A stretch of DNA of 64,000 bases from Candidatus Eiseniibacteriota bacterium. GTDB taxonomy: Bacteria; Eisenbacteria; RBG-16-71-46; CAZAMP01. This document shows positions 30,954-40,006 of the stretch, piece by piece; position 1 is the first letter of the stretch; each line of letters begins with the position of its first letter. The stretch spans positions 4,832,001 to 4,896,000 of the forward strand of contig OZ245046.1 in assembly GCA_965224245.1 (NCBI GenBank), read 5' to 3'. The notes beneath the pieces are model-generated. The model searched no databases and was not told where the DNA came from. It worked only from the letters and a program-made list of their open reading frames with translations. A program made the translations under genes and the position numbers.

Positions 30954-32927
30954 ATGACTCGCGCACGTCAGGACACCGCGATCGTCCTCGCGGTCGCGCT
31001 CGCGCTCCGGCTCGTGTACGCCATTCAGCACAGCGCGACGATCTACTTCGACCATCCGATCCTGGACTCTCTGTGGATTCACCAGTGGGCCCAGGCGCTC
31101 GTGCGCGGGGAGGGGTCGGGTGACGGGGCGTACTTCCGTGCGCCGCTCTACCCGATGCTCCTGGCGGGCCTGTATCGCGCCTTCGGAACCTCACAATGGG
31201 TGGTCGTCGCGTTCCAGCACCTTCTCGGGGCGGCCACCGCGGTGTTGTGCCTGAGGATCGGGACGGCCATCGGCGGCCGGGGCGTCGGGCTGATTGCGGG
31301 GCTCCTGTGGGCGGGCTGGTGGACCGCCATCTTCTTCGAGGGCGAGATCCTCATCGTGACCCTGGCCACCTTCCTGGGGACCGTCGTCCTGGAGCGTCTG
31401 ATTGCGGCATGCCGGCAGGCCCCGGGATCGCGCGGCCGCACGTGGAGGCTGGCGAGCGCCGGCGCCGCGCTCGGGCTCGCCGCGATCGCACGCCCGAACT
31501 TCCTGATCCTGGCCCCACTGGTCGCCTTCGCGCCGTGGGCGGCCGATCGGAGAGTTGCCGCGCACTCCGGAGCTGGCCGGCCGGAGCTCCGCGTCGGGAG
31601 GTCCGTTCTCGTGGCGCTCGGGTCGATGGTCGCGGTCATCCTGCCCGTGACCGTGCGAAACCTCGTCGTCGGACACGACCTCGTGCCGATCGCGGCACAG
31701 GGTGGACTGAACTTCTACGTCGGCAACGGGCCCGATGCCGACGGCAAGACGGCGATCGCGCCCGGGTCCATCGGACCGATGCGGCGTGACGTCATGACAT
31801 CCGCGTTCAGGGACAACGTCACGCTGGCGGGACGGGAGATCGCGGAGGGGGAGGAGGGCCGCGCGCTGAAGGAATCGGAGGTGTCGAGATACTGGCTGGG
31901 GCGCGCGGTGGCATTCATCGTCGGCGATGGTCCGGGCTGGCTCAGGCTCGCGATGACGAAATGTTACTATTTAATAAATAGTTTTGAAATAAGCGACAAC
32001 CGGGATCTCGAGGAGGCGAGGCGAGATACTCCTGTCTTGATGTGGCTTGCATGGATACCGGCGGTGGTGTGGCCCCTCGCCCTGCTCGGGGTGTTGTGGG
32101 GGGTGTGGGGGGCGCGTCTTGGTTTTTTGATCGTTTCTTTTGTGTCTCTATATGGTTTCTCGGTTGTTTTGTTTTTTGTGAACAGTCGCCTCCGGCTGCC
32201 AGTGATGCCCGGGCTGTTGATCGCGGCGGCGTACGGTGCCGTCGCCCTGGTGGCCGTGATACGAGAGCGGCGGACGCGTGCTCTCCTGGTGGCCGTGGGT
32301 ATCCTGGGCGTGAGCGCTGCCGCCACGCACTCCCGCCTGCTCGGTGTCGATGAGCAGCGAGGCCTCACGGCGTTTCGCCTGAATCGGGCCGTGCTCCTGA
32401 TCGAGTCGGGGCGGTGTGCACCCGCTCTCGACACATACCGCGAGCTCGCGGGGGACAATCCCGACTTGACCGAGGCCGCTTTCGGCCTGGCCCGGGCGAT
32501 GGAGCGGTGCGGCGACGTGGGGGGGGCACTCGACCAGTACTCGGCGGTCAGCGCGCGGTGGCCGGAGTTCCCCTTCGCGGAGCTGGCGCGGGCGCGGCTG
32601 CTCGCCGACCTGGATCGGGACGACGAGGCCGACGCCGCGTATCGCCGTGCCATCGACATGGACCCGGGCCTGGCGGATGGGCCACTCAACTACGCCAGCT
32701 ACCTGGCCCGCGAGCAGCGGTTCGTCGAGGCGGTCACGCAGTTCGAGCGAGGCCTCGAGATGGATCCGAGCCGGTTGAAGTCGTGGGTGGCGTATGGCTA
32801 TACTCTCGCGCGAGTTGGGCGTATCGAGGACGCTCGGGCGGCTTTCCGCCGTGCGCTCGCGCTCGACCCCCACGACGCGGCCGCGCAGGCCGGACTCCGG
32901 ACGACCGACGCCAAACCGGGACCATGA
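30954..32927 (+). CDS. GT-C (ArnT/PMT-like) membrane glycosyltransferase with C-terminal TPR repeats
   Basis: LDSLWIHQWA, FRAPLYP, ARPN, GGLNFYVGN, FFVNSRLRLP; several TPR-like helical repeats after the last TM. Confidence 0.8.
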   Translation: MTRARQDTAIVLAVALALRLVYAIQHSATIYFDHPILDSLWIHQWAQALVRGEGSGDGAYFRAPLYPMLLAGLYRAFGTSQWVVVAFQHLLGAATAVLCLRIGTAIGGRGVGLIAGLLWAGWWTAIFFEGEILIVTLATFLGTVVLERLIAACRQAPGSRGRTWRLASAGAALGLAAIARPNFLILAPLVAFAPWAADRRVAAHSGAGRPELRVGRSVLVALGSMVAVILPVTVRNLVVGHDLVPIAAQGGLNFYVGNGPDADGKTAIAPGSIGPMRRDVMTSAFRDNVTLAGREIAEGEEGRALKESEVSRYWLGRAVAFIVGDGPGWLRLAMTKCYYLINSFEISDNRDLEEARRDTPVLMWLAWIPAVVWPLALLGVLWGVWGARLGFLIVSFVSLYGFSVVLFFVNSRLRLPVMPGLLIAAAYGAVALVAVIRERRTRALLVAVGILGVSAAATHSRLLGVDEQRGLTAFRLNRAVLLIESGRCAPALDTYRELAGDNPDLTEAAFGLARAMERCGDVGGALDQYSAVSARWPEFPFAELARARLLADLDRDDEADAAYRRAIDMDPGLADGPLNYASYLAREQRFVEAVTQFERGLEMDPSRLKSWVAYGYTLARVGRIEDARAAFRRALALDPHDAAAQAGLRTTDAKPGP

Positions 32928-33019
32928 GCGTCGGGGCCCACCGAGGCGCCGACTCACCGCATGACCGGGGGCGACCGTGGCGCAGGACCCTTCCTCTTCG
33001 AGAACGGAGACGCGGAAAC

Positions 33020-33469
33020 GTGAAGACTCAGGCAGCGATCGGGGCCGTGATCGCGCTCCTCGCGGCGGGTGCGGTCGTCTGGGTGCTGATGCCTCGCGGG
33101 CCGCGCGTCGTCGCGGTCGAGGGTGAGGGAGGCGAGCCTGCTCGGTCCGTCGTCGTCCTCGGCGCGGAGGATGGCGCTCGAGAGGTCATTCAGGTAATCG
33201 AGCCGCGCGATGGGGCGAGAGTATCACAATCGAGGACGGAGGACGTGTTCTTCCGCTGGCACGCAGTTCCAGGCGCAACCCGGTACATGTTCGTGGCCAA
33301 CGATGAGGTCGGCAAGATCGTGTGGCGAGGCGCGACGGTGGACACGGTGTTTCAGATGCCCGACAAGGCGTGGCGGATCCTCGTGCCAGGCGAGCGCCTG
33401 AAGTGGATCGTCCAGGCGCCGGGCGTGGGGGCGAGCTCCGACATCCAGCGCGTTCGGATCGGGTCGTAA
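33020..33469 (+). CDS. Small membrane-anchored protein with an Ig/Fn3-like domain
   Basis: GTG after GGAG; one TM helix, then 'P.DGA.V...VFFRWHAVPGATRY.F.......VW' beta-sandwich pattern. Confidence 0.55.
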   Translation: MKTQAAIGAVIALLAAGAVVWVLMPRGPRVVAVEGEGGEPARSVVVLGAEDGAREVIQVIEPRDGARVSQSRTEDVFFRWHAVPGATRYMFVANDEVGKIVWRGATVDTVFQMPDKAWRILVPGERLKWIVQAPGVGASSDIQRVRIGS

Positions 33470-33522
33470 GCCGACCGATCGTGCGGCGAGGGGCCGCCGG
33501 GTAATCCGCGGCGACGCGACCG

Positions 33523-33538
33523 TGTTTCACGTGAAACC
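33523..33538. other. parS site
   Basis: TGTTTCACGTGAAACC (15/16 match to the parS palindrome) upstream of parA. Confidence 0.9.
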
Positions 33539-33716
33539 CGCACCTCGGCGCGTGACGGGCTATCTCCATGCTGGCGACGGGCTTCGCCATCGGGCCTAAC
33601 GTGAATCAACGTGGCTGGAGCTAAGTCGCGACGTGCTCAGCGGGTGTATTGGCGCGGAATCTCTCCGCCCAGGGCGCGGCCACCATGTGACCGGGCGCCG
33701 TCGGCGCAACTCGTTG

Positions 33717-33732
33717 TGTTTCACGTGAAACA
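33717..33732. other. parS site
   Basis: Perfect TGTTTCACGTGAAACA. Confidence 0.95.
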
Positions 33733-33858
33733 GCAGCCCGGGTTGTCCCATGCGCCCGTCCGCGCTACTCCTAGGCGCGCCCCGGGATTCCAGGGATCGA
33801 CGCACGTTGGTCACGCGACCCCGGGTAGAAACGCGACTGTGGAGACGGGCACGATGCG

Positions 33859-34815
33859 ATGCTAGGTGCGACACGACCCGACGACTCGAGCAACGGCTTT
33901 GAGACGGCACCGATGGCCGAGAGTGCCGCGGTGCCGCGCACGCGCTTCAGGCCGGGTGACGAGACCCGGATCATCGCGATCACGAACCAGAAGGGCGGCG
34001 TCGGAAAGACGACCACAGCGGTCAATCTGGCCGCCGCCCTCGCGATGGAGTCCCGGCGCGTGCTTCTCGTCGATCTGGACCCCCAGGCCAACTCATCGAG
34101 CGGTCTTGGAATCGACGGAAACGCCTACCCCGTGACCGTTTACGAGGCCGTCGTCGGCATCGGATCGCTCGTCGATGCGATACTCCCGACGGACGTTGCC
34201 GGGCTCGACCTTGCGCCGTCTTCTCGCCGGCTGGTCGGAGCAGAGATCGAGCTAACGTCGATGGAGCGCCGAGAGCACCGTCTCGCCGCCGCCCTCGCGT
34301 CGATCGAGGGACAGTACGACTTCGTCCTGATCGACTGCCCGCCCTCATTGGGGCTCTTGACGTTGAATGCGCTCACGGCAACGCGATCCGTCCTGATCCC
34401 CATCCAGGCGGAGTACTACGCACTGGAAGGACTCAGTGGACTGATGCAAACCATCCGGCGCGTCCAGCAGGCGCTGAATCCGGCCCTCTTCGTGGAGGGC
34501 GTGCTTCTCACGATGTATGACGCCCGACTGAATCTCGCTCGCCAGGTCGCGGACGAGGCGCGCCGGTTCTTCGGCGACCGCGTGTATGACGTGGCGATTC
34601 CACGCAACGTGAAGATCTCCGAAGCGCCGAGCTTCGGTCAGCCCGTTCTTGTTTACGATCCACAATGCGTCGGAGCCACGAGCTTCAAGACGCTCGCGGA
34701 GGAAGTGCTACGCGATGAGCAAGCGAGTTCTGGGGCGGGGGCTAGACGCCCTTCTGCCGGACACGAGACCGGAGACGACACCCTCGGGCAACCTGGTTCT
34801 CCAGGTCCCGCTTGA
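33859..34815 (+). CDS. parA: Chromosome partitioning ATPase ParA/Soj (start may be 33913)
   Basis: [44 protein letters not shown]. Confidence 0.96.
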   Translation: MLGATRPDDSSNGFETAPMAESAAVPRTRFRPGDETRIIAITNQKGGVGKTTTAVNLAAALAMESRRVLLVDLDPQANSSSGLGIDGNAYPVTVYEAVVGIGSLVDAILPTDVAGLDLAPSSRRLVGAEIELTSMERREHRLAAALASIEGQYDFVLIDCPPSLGLLTLNALTATRSVLIPIQAEYYALEGLSGLMQTIRRVQQALNPALFVEGVLLTMYDARLNLARQVADEARRFFGDRVYDVAIPRNVKISEAPSFGQPVLVYDPQCVGATSFKTLAEEVLRDEQASSGAGARRPSAGHETGDDTLGQPGSPGPA

Positions 34816-35596
34816 CGCCGTTCTCCCGAACCCCGAGCAGCCTCGACACGAGATGAACCCCGAGGCACTCACCGACCTGGCGAACTCCATCCGCGAGTTC
34901 GGCGTCATCGAGCCGATCCTGGTCAAGAGAGATGGTGATCGCTACATTCTGGTTGCCGGCGAGCGGCGCGTCATGGCTGCGCGAAAGGCCGGGCTCGAGT
35001 CCATTCCCGCGATCCTCCGCGACGACGCACCCGAGGAGATGCTCGCCGTTGCGCTCATCGAGAACATCCAGCGCGAGAACTTGAATGCGGTCGACGAGGC
35101 TCGTGCATACCGCCGACTGCAGGACGAGTACGGGCTGACCCACGAGGAGGTCGCCGACCGCGTGGGCAAGAGCCGCGTCGCGATCTCCAACTCTCTTCGC
35201 CTGCTCCAGCTCCCGACGGCCGTTTTGGACGATGTCTCGGCCGGGGTCCTCAGCGCTGGTCACGCGAGGGCGCTCCTTGCGGTGCAGGACTCGGAGGCCA
35301 GGGCGGCTCTCTGGGAGCGGATCAAGTCGGAGCAGCTCTCGGTACGGGCATCGGAGGATGCAGCCCGGGCAGCCTCATCGCCCAGGAAGACCAGCGGGCC
35401 GCGCCCCCGTACGGAGCAGCCGCGTGATCCTCAGCTCGGACATCTGGAGGACCGACTCCGGGAGACCCTCGGGACACAGATCCGGATCGCTCCGAAACGC
35501 GGAACCCGGGGCGGCCGGATCGAGGTCGAGTACTACGACCACGACGATCTCGATCGCCTGGTCACACTCCTCGTCGGACCAATCGACGCCTACTGA
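34715..35596 (+). CDS. parB: Chromosome partitioning protein ParB
   Basis: [10 protein letters not shown]-terminal peptide, [38 protein letters not shown]. Confidence 0.97.
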   Translation: MSKRVLGRGLDALLPDTRPETTPSGNLVLQVPLDAVLPNPEQPRHEMNPEALTDLANSIREFGVIEPILVKRDGDRYILVAGERRVMAARKAGLESIPAILRDDAPEEMLAVALIENIQRENLNAVDEARAYRRLQDEYGLTHEEVADRVGKSRVAISNSLRLLQLPTAVLDDVSAGVLSAGHARALLAVQDSEARAALWERIKSEQLSVRASEDAARAASSPRKTSGPRPRTEQPRDPQLGHLEDRLRETLGTQIRIAPKRGTRGGRIEVEYYDHDDLDRLVTLLVGPIDAY

Positions 35597-35736
35597 GGCT
35601 CGTGCGCAACCGCGCAACGTCCGGCGCGGGCAGGCGTAGTCAAACGTAAGTGATTGGGAACTAAAGCGAATCGATCAGCTGACGATTGATTCCAGAAGGA
35701 CGGAGTCAACCTACAACCCAAGGGGGTCATCCCGCG

Positions 35737-36219
35737 ATGTTTGGGCGCAAGAAGAGTGAGAAGCCAGCGAGACGGCCGTCACCACCGGAGCCGGCGTCGC
35801 GTCGGGAGCCAGCGGCGCCGACACCGACCCCGACCCGGGCCCCGACGTCGGCGTCCACGCCGATGAACTCGGTCCTCGGTGGATCCGCGCGGTTCGTCGG
35901 GGACGTCGCCGTCGTCGGGACGATCCGGATCGATGGCGAGATCGAGGGAAACGTGGAGGCCAGCGAGCGAGTGCACATCGGTCGCGGCGGCGTCGTCAAC
36001 GGGTCGGTCGCGGCGCAGGACGTGATCGTCACCGGTAGCGTCGGCGGATCCATAACCGCCTCCGGAAAGGTGCATCTTCAGGCCACGGCCGCGCTGAGTG
36101 GAGACGTGGCGTGTCAGCGTCTCGTGATCGAGGAAGGGGCGCGCTTTGACGGCGCCTCGGTGATGGGCGGGGGGCAGCAGAAGCTCGAGGTGCTCGAAAC
36201 CAGCCGGGCGCACTCCTAG
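35737..36219 (+). CDS. Bactofilin (polymer-forming cytoskeletal protein)
   Basis: MFGRKK N-terminus, Pro-rich linker, IRIDGEIEGNV...LVIEEGARFDG beta-helix. Confidence 0.92.
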   Translation: MFGRKKSEKPARRPSPPEPASRREPAAPTPTPTRAPTSASTPMNSVLGGSARFVGDVAVVGTIRIDGEIEGNVEASERVHIGRGGVVNGSVAAQDVIVTGSVGGSITASGKVHLQATAALSGDVACQRLVIEEGARFDGASVMGGGQQKLEVLETSRAHS

Positions 36220-36224
36220 GTCGC

Positions 36225-36322
36225 TGTGGATAACCGAGGCGATCTGGGGATAAACATGGATTGTGTTGCGGGACAGTTGCTTGCGGCACTTTGTTCGTGT
36301 GTGCAACATCGCCTTATCCACA
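36225..36322. promoter_or_regulatory. Second DnaA-box cluster
   Basis: Perfect TGTGGATAA 36225-36233, TGGGGATAA 36245-36253, perfect TTATCCACA 36314-36322. Confidence 0.75.
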
Positions 36323-37030
36323 TGACCGGAGCCTGGCGTGGGGCCGGATTCGACCCAAAACCCATAACGATCCGGGCGTGAGATTCACGAGGCCGCTTAC
36401 CCGTGCGATGAAGCGAGAGTGGTGCTTCTCTTGGTATGTTGATTGGGTTATGCATTGAGCGTCGTGCCCGTCGGGTTGAGACTCCTGTGGGGCGGTGACA
36501 CGGCAGGTCGGCACGCGAGCCATAAATAAGCGGTTATGCGTTTGCGGTGGCGGCTTGGCGGATGGCGAGCACGAGTCGATCGGGGCCGGGTCGGGCGGAC
36601 GACGATCGTGCCATCGGGGCATGTTGAGAAGGGGCGCAGACCCGATACGCCGCGTTGCGGACCCGTTGAAACGCGCGGGTGTATTCTCCGGCTACCGGCC
36701 GAGGCGATCGCACGTGAAACGCCGCGATGTGGCTCGCCCCGGCTTGGGTCGAAGTGTTGCTGTCCTCTTCGTCTGCCAGATGAGAACGCGCGCCGATGTA
36801 TCGTATCGTGCGGTCTGCACCCCAAACAGCCGCGTCGATCGATCTCGTCGCCAGCAGGTGACGCGAAGAGAATCGTACGTGTACAGCACCAGCGGCGCAA
36901 CGAAAACGGGGACGGCGCCGCGGGTCCGGTGCTCGGCGCGTCGCGCCGGCAAACGGCCCGAAGGCCGCTTCTGTCCAATTGTTTAGGATCGCCGGTGCTT
37001 GCTCGCGCGTGACGCGAAGGAGGCGACGGA

Positions 37031-38140
37031 GTGCCAGGCAACTCGTTCGGTCAGCTCTTCCGGATCACGACCTTCGGCGAGTCGCACGGCCCGGCTCTCG
37101 GCGTCGTCGTGGATGGTTGCCCTCCGGACCTCGCGCTCGGCGAAGAGGATCTACGACCCGATCTCGCGCGGCGCCGACCGGGGCAGAGCGAGCTGACAAC
37201 CTCGCGGTCGGAGCGCGACGAGCCCCGCATCGTGTCGGGGGTGTTCGAGGGGCGCACGACCGGCACGCCGATCTGCATTCTCTTCGAGAACACCGACGCC
37301 CGCTCGCGCGACTACGACAGGATCGCGGGCGCGTATCGTCCCGGACACGCCGACTACACCTACGACGCCAAGTACGGCCGACGCGATCATCGCGGCGGCG
37401 GCCGTGCGTCGGCGCGCGAGACGGTGGCCCGCGTCGCCGCGGGCGCGATCGCGCGGAAGCTCCTGCTGAGAGACGGCATCCGGGTCGTCGGCTACACCCA
37501 GCGAATCGGCGATGTCGTCTACTCCGCGCCGGATCCGTCGGCCCTGACACACGCCGACGTGGATCGTCACGATGTGCGCTGCCCGGATCCCACCACCGCC
37601 GAGCGCATGGCGGAGCTCGTTCGCGACGTCAAGAAGGACGGCGACTCCATCGGCGGCGTCGCGGAGTTCGTGGCGGTGAACTGTCCGCCGGGACTCGGTG
37701 AGCCGGTCTTCGACAAGCTGAAGGCCTCGCTCGCCGCCGCGCTGCTCAGCATCCCCGCGGTGGTCGGGTTCGAGTACGGAAGCGGATTCGCGGCCGCGTC
37801 CATGCGCGGATCCGAGCACAACGATCCGTTCGTTCCCACCGATCTCGGAACCGGCACGTCCAGCAACCGCCACGGGGGCATGCTCGGCGGGATCTCTTCG
37901 GGCCAGCCGATCATCCTTCGCGCCGTCGTGAAGCCGACGTCGTCGATTCCACGGGAGCAGCGGACCGTCACTCGCGATGGCGAGGAGACCACGATCCGGG
38001 TGACGGGCCGCCACGATCCGTGTCTCATCCCGCGCTTCGTTCCGATCGGCGAGGCCATGATCGCGCTCGTCTTGATCGATCACCTGCTGCGCTGGCGCGC
38101 ACAGTGCGCGCCGCCCGGAGACGGACGCGACCGCGGTTAG
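37031..38140 (+). CDS. aroC: Chorismate synthase
   Basis: TTFGESHG, RRRPGQS, RPGHAD, GGGRASARET, GRHDPC; AAGGAGG RBS. Confidence 0.97.
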   Translation: MPGNSFGQLFRITTFGESHGPALGVVVDGCPPDLALGEEDLRPDLARRRPGQSELTTSRSERDEPRIVSGVFEGRTTGTPICILFENTDARSRDYDRIAGAYRPGHADYTYDAKYGRRDHRGGGRASARETVARVAAGAIARKLLLRDGIRVVGYTQRIGDVVYSAPDPSALTHADVDRHDVRCPDPTTAERMAELVRDVKKDGDSIGGVAEFVAVNCPPGLGEPVFDKLKASLAAALLSIPAVVGFEYGSGFAAASMRGSEHNDPFVPTDLGTGTSSNRHGGMLGGISSGQPIILRAVVKPTSSIPREQRTVTRDGEETTIRVTGRHDPCLIPRFVPIGEAMIALVLIDHLLRWRAQCAPPGDGRDRG

Positions 38141-38174
38141 TCGGCGACCCGGGCGGCGCCGCCGCCGTGGCCGG

Positions 38175-38804
38175 TCATCCCCGGGGATCGAGCACGAAGC
38201 ACGAGTGGTACGGGAGATCCGGGTTGCGGTACGCCCGGACGATGCGAGCCCCCGTGGAGCGGATCGCGCGCGTCACGTCCCGGTAACGCGTCCCCCGGTA
38301 GCCGATCTCCCAGTGGTGCTCCCCGTCGTACCGATACGGACCCAGCGTGTATCGCTCCGGAGACAGCGCGAACGTGCGCCAGCCGATCCTGGGCAGCCGA
38401 ACGCGCGCGGCGAGATACATGCGCACGTCCGGTACCGACACGAGCACCGCTCGCCGTGCGACGCGCGAGAGCTCGCCGACGCCGGATGCGAACTCGCCGA
38501 ACGGAAGGTGCTCCAGGACCTGGCAACACATGACCACGTCGAACGCCCCGTCCCCGAACGGGAGCGCGAGCACCGAGGCCGCGACGTCCGGTCCGAGTGC
38601 CGGGTCCACGTCAAGCGAGACCAGCGAGTGGCGCGTGAACGTGGGCACGACCGCGGACATGAACCCGTCGGCGACTCCGATCTCCAGGACGTCCGCCGCC
38701 TCCAGCTCGTACAGCTCCCGGAGCTGATTCGCGTACCCGTGAATGCGGAGGTGACTCCAGTACGCCGTCTTCTCGTAGTGTGCCTTCTCGGCCTGCTTGG
38801 CCAC
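38175..38804 (-). CDS. Class I SAM-dependent methyltransferase
   Basis: VLEIGVADG, LPFGDGAFDVVMCCQVLEHL. Confidence 0.85.
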   Translation of the reverse strand: MAKQAEKAHYEKTAYWSHLRIHGYANQLRELYELEAADVLEIGVADGFMSAVVPTFTRHSLVSLDVDPALGPDVAASVLALPFGDGAFDVVMCCQVLEHLPFGEFASGVGELSRVARRAVLVSVPDVRMYLAARVRLPRIGWRTFALSPERYTLGPYRYDGEHHWEIGYRGTRYRDVTRAIRSTGARIVRAYRNPDLPYHSCFVLDPRG

Positions 38805-38921
38805 CCATCACGTCCTTTGCCAGCGATCCGATCGGAGTCCGGACGGAAACCACGGCGGGCATGGTAACGTAGCACCTCGGAGGCGTGCGACGACCGAGCG
38901 CGCCCAGGCGAGGAGGCGCAC

Positions 38922-39317
38922 ATGACCGGTGAGATCATCGTCACCCGCGAGCGACGTCAGGGGCTGCTGTTCCGGCTCCTGGCCAACGCGGCCGCCGTTT
39001 ACGTGGCCGGCGCGGTGCTGTCCGGCGTGCATGTCAGCGGCGTCGTGGGCGCCCTGATCGCCGCCCTCATTCTCACCATCGTCAACGCGATCGTCCGACC
39101 CGTGCTGGTGTTCATGACGCTGCCGCTCACGCTGATGACGCTGGGGCTGTTCCTGCTCGTCGTCAACGCGATGAGCCTGGGGCTGGCCGCCTGGCTGGCC
39201 GGCGGCGCGTTCGACATCTCGGGGTTTGGATCCGCCGTCGCCGCCTGGATTCTCATCTGGGCCGTGAACTGGGTCATCAGCTTGATCTTCCGGCGTGAAC
39301 GGGTCGAGGTCCGCTGA
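38922..39317 (+). CDS. 4-TM 'phage holin family' (YvlD/DUF360-like) membrane protein
   Basis: NAIVRPVL..TLPLTLMTLGLFLLVVNA signature; GAGGAGG RBS. Confidence 0.88.
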   Translation: MTGEIIVTRERRQGLLFRLLANAAAVYVAGAVLSGVHVSGVVGALIAALILTIVNAIVRPVLVFMTLPLTLMTLGLFLLVVNAMSLGLAAWLAGGAFDISGFGSAVAAWILIWAVNWVISLIFRRERVEVR

Positions 39318-39589
39318 CCGGACCGGACCGGACCCGCCCGCCCGTCGCCCCCGTCGGCCCCGTCGGCCCCGGGGCCCAGGACCTCCGAGGCCTCCGTCCC
39401 CGACAACCCCGCGGTGGACCACCGCGAGAAGGCGGGACCGAACCGACCAAACCGACGACCCTCGACCGTCGATGCTCGACCGTCGTGCCGAATCCCCGGC
39501 ACGACGCCCGGGGGCGCCCCAGGCCGGCCTTCCACCCAACCATCTGAAAACAAACGACCTGGGGGCGCCGATCCGAACGCCGCCGCTAC

Positions 39590-39606
39590 CTGGCACGTCG
39601 CCTGCA
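39590..39606 (+). promoter_or_regulatory. Sigma-54 (-24/-12) promoter
   Basis: CTGGCACGTCGCCTGCA = GG-N10-GC; A-rich IHF-like tract at 39537-39561 upstream. Confidence 0.75.
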
Positions 39607-39615
39607 ATGAAGAAC

Positions 39616-39953
39616 GGGCGAGGCTCGAGACGGTCAAGCGGGCAGACATCCTCCGGAAAGTCCGGCGCGATGTCTTTCGTCGACGGCCTCAGCGAAAGCA
39701 ACCGCGCTTCCGCGAGCCGCCCCGCCCGAGGGGGTGACTCCCGACCGCGGAGACACGATGGCTCAATGCGGACCGGCCATCGCGCTCCGGGGAGGGGGTC
39801 GCCGCTCTCGACGATGGGCCGCGCAGCGGGCGCGCGACATGTTAGGGGATGCCTGAGAGGCTCGGTTCAAAGCGGGCGAGACTGAGCTGATCGGGCATAC
39901 CCATTTCGAGGGGCGCTCGGCTCCCTTTCGGGACCGGGCGCCCCTCGTCGTTG
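39616..39953 (+). ncRNA. Candidate structured non-coding RNA or long structured leader, sigma-54 driven
   Basis: Four consecutive hairpin domains with G-U wobbles that pair only on the + strand; starts at the predicted sigma-54 TSS; no credible ORF. Confidence 0.55.
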
Positions 39954-39954
39954 T
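39907..39954 (+). terminator. Terminator-like hairpin closing the candidate RNA
   Basis: CGAGGGGCGCTCGG...CCGGGCGCCCCTCG stem followed by TCGTTGT (weak U-tract). Confidence 0.45.
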
Positions 39955-40006
39955 ACCCTCGGCGGGATGACGGTCGAAGTCCAACGTCCCACGCCCGAGG
40001 TGCCAC

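Noticed and set aside
34715-34815. 101-nt parA/parB overlap as a programmed frameshift
   Set aside because: ParA is complete before the overlap and parB has its own GGAGG RBS and ATG; a simple C-terminal extension explains it
36597-36614. TGGCACG on the minus strand as a sigma-54 promoter
   Set aside because: The -12 position reads GT rather than GC, and there is no downstream gene on that strand
38922-39317. 'Phage holin family' gene as evidence for a prophage
   Set aside because: This 4-TM family is commonly chromosomal; no endolysin, integrase or structural genes nearby
39316-39372. Short tandem repeats (GACCG)n, (CCCG)n, (CCCCGTCGG)n as a CRISPR or guide array
   Set aside because: Low-complexity microsatellite-like run with no unique spacers and no cas genes
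39651-39666. GGAAAGTCCGG resembling the RNase P RNA P4 5' strand
   Set aside because: No preceding GAG context and no downstream ACAGAACCCGGCTTA-type partner; here it forms a local CCGGA/TCCGG hairpin
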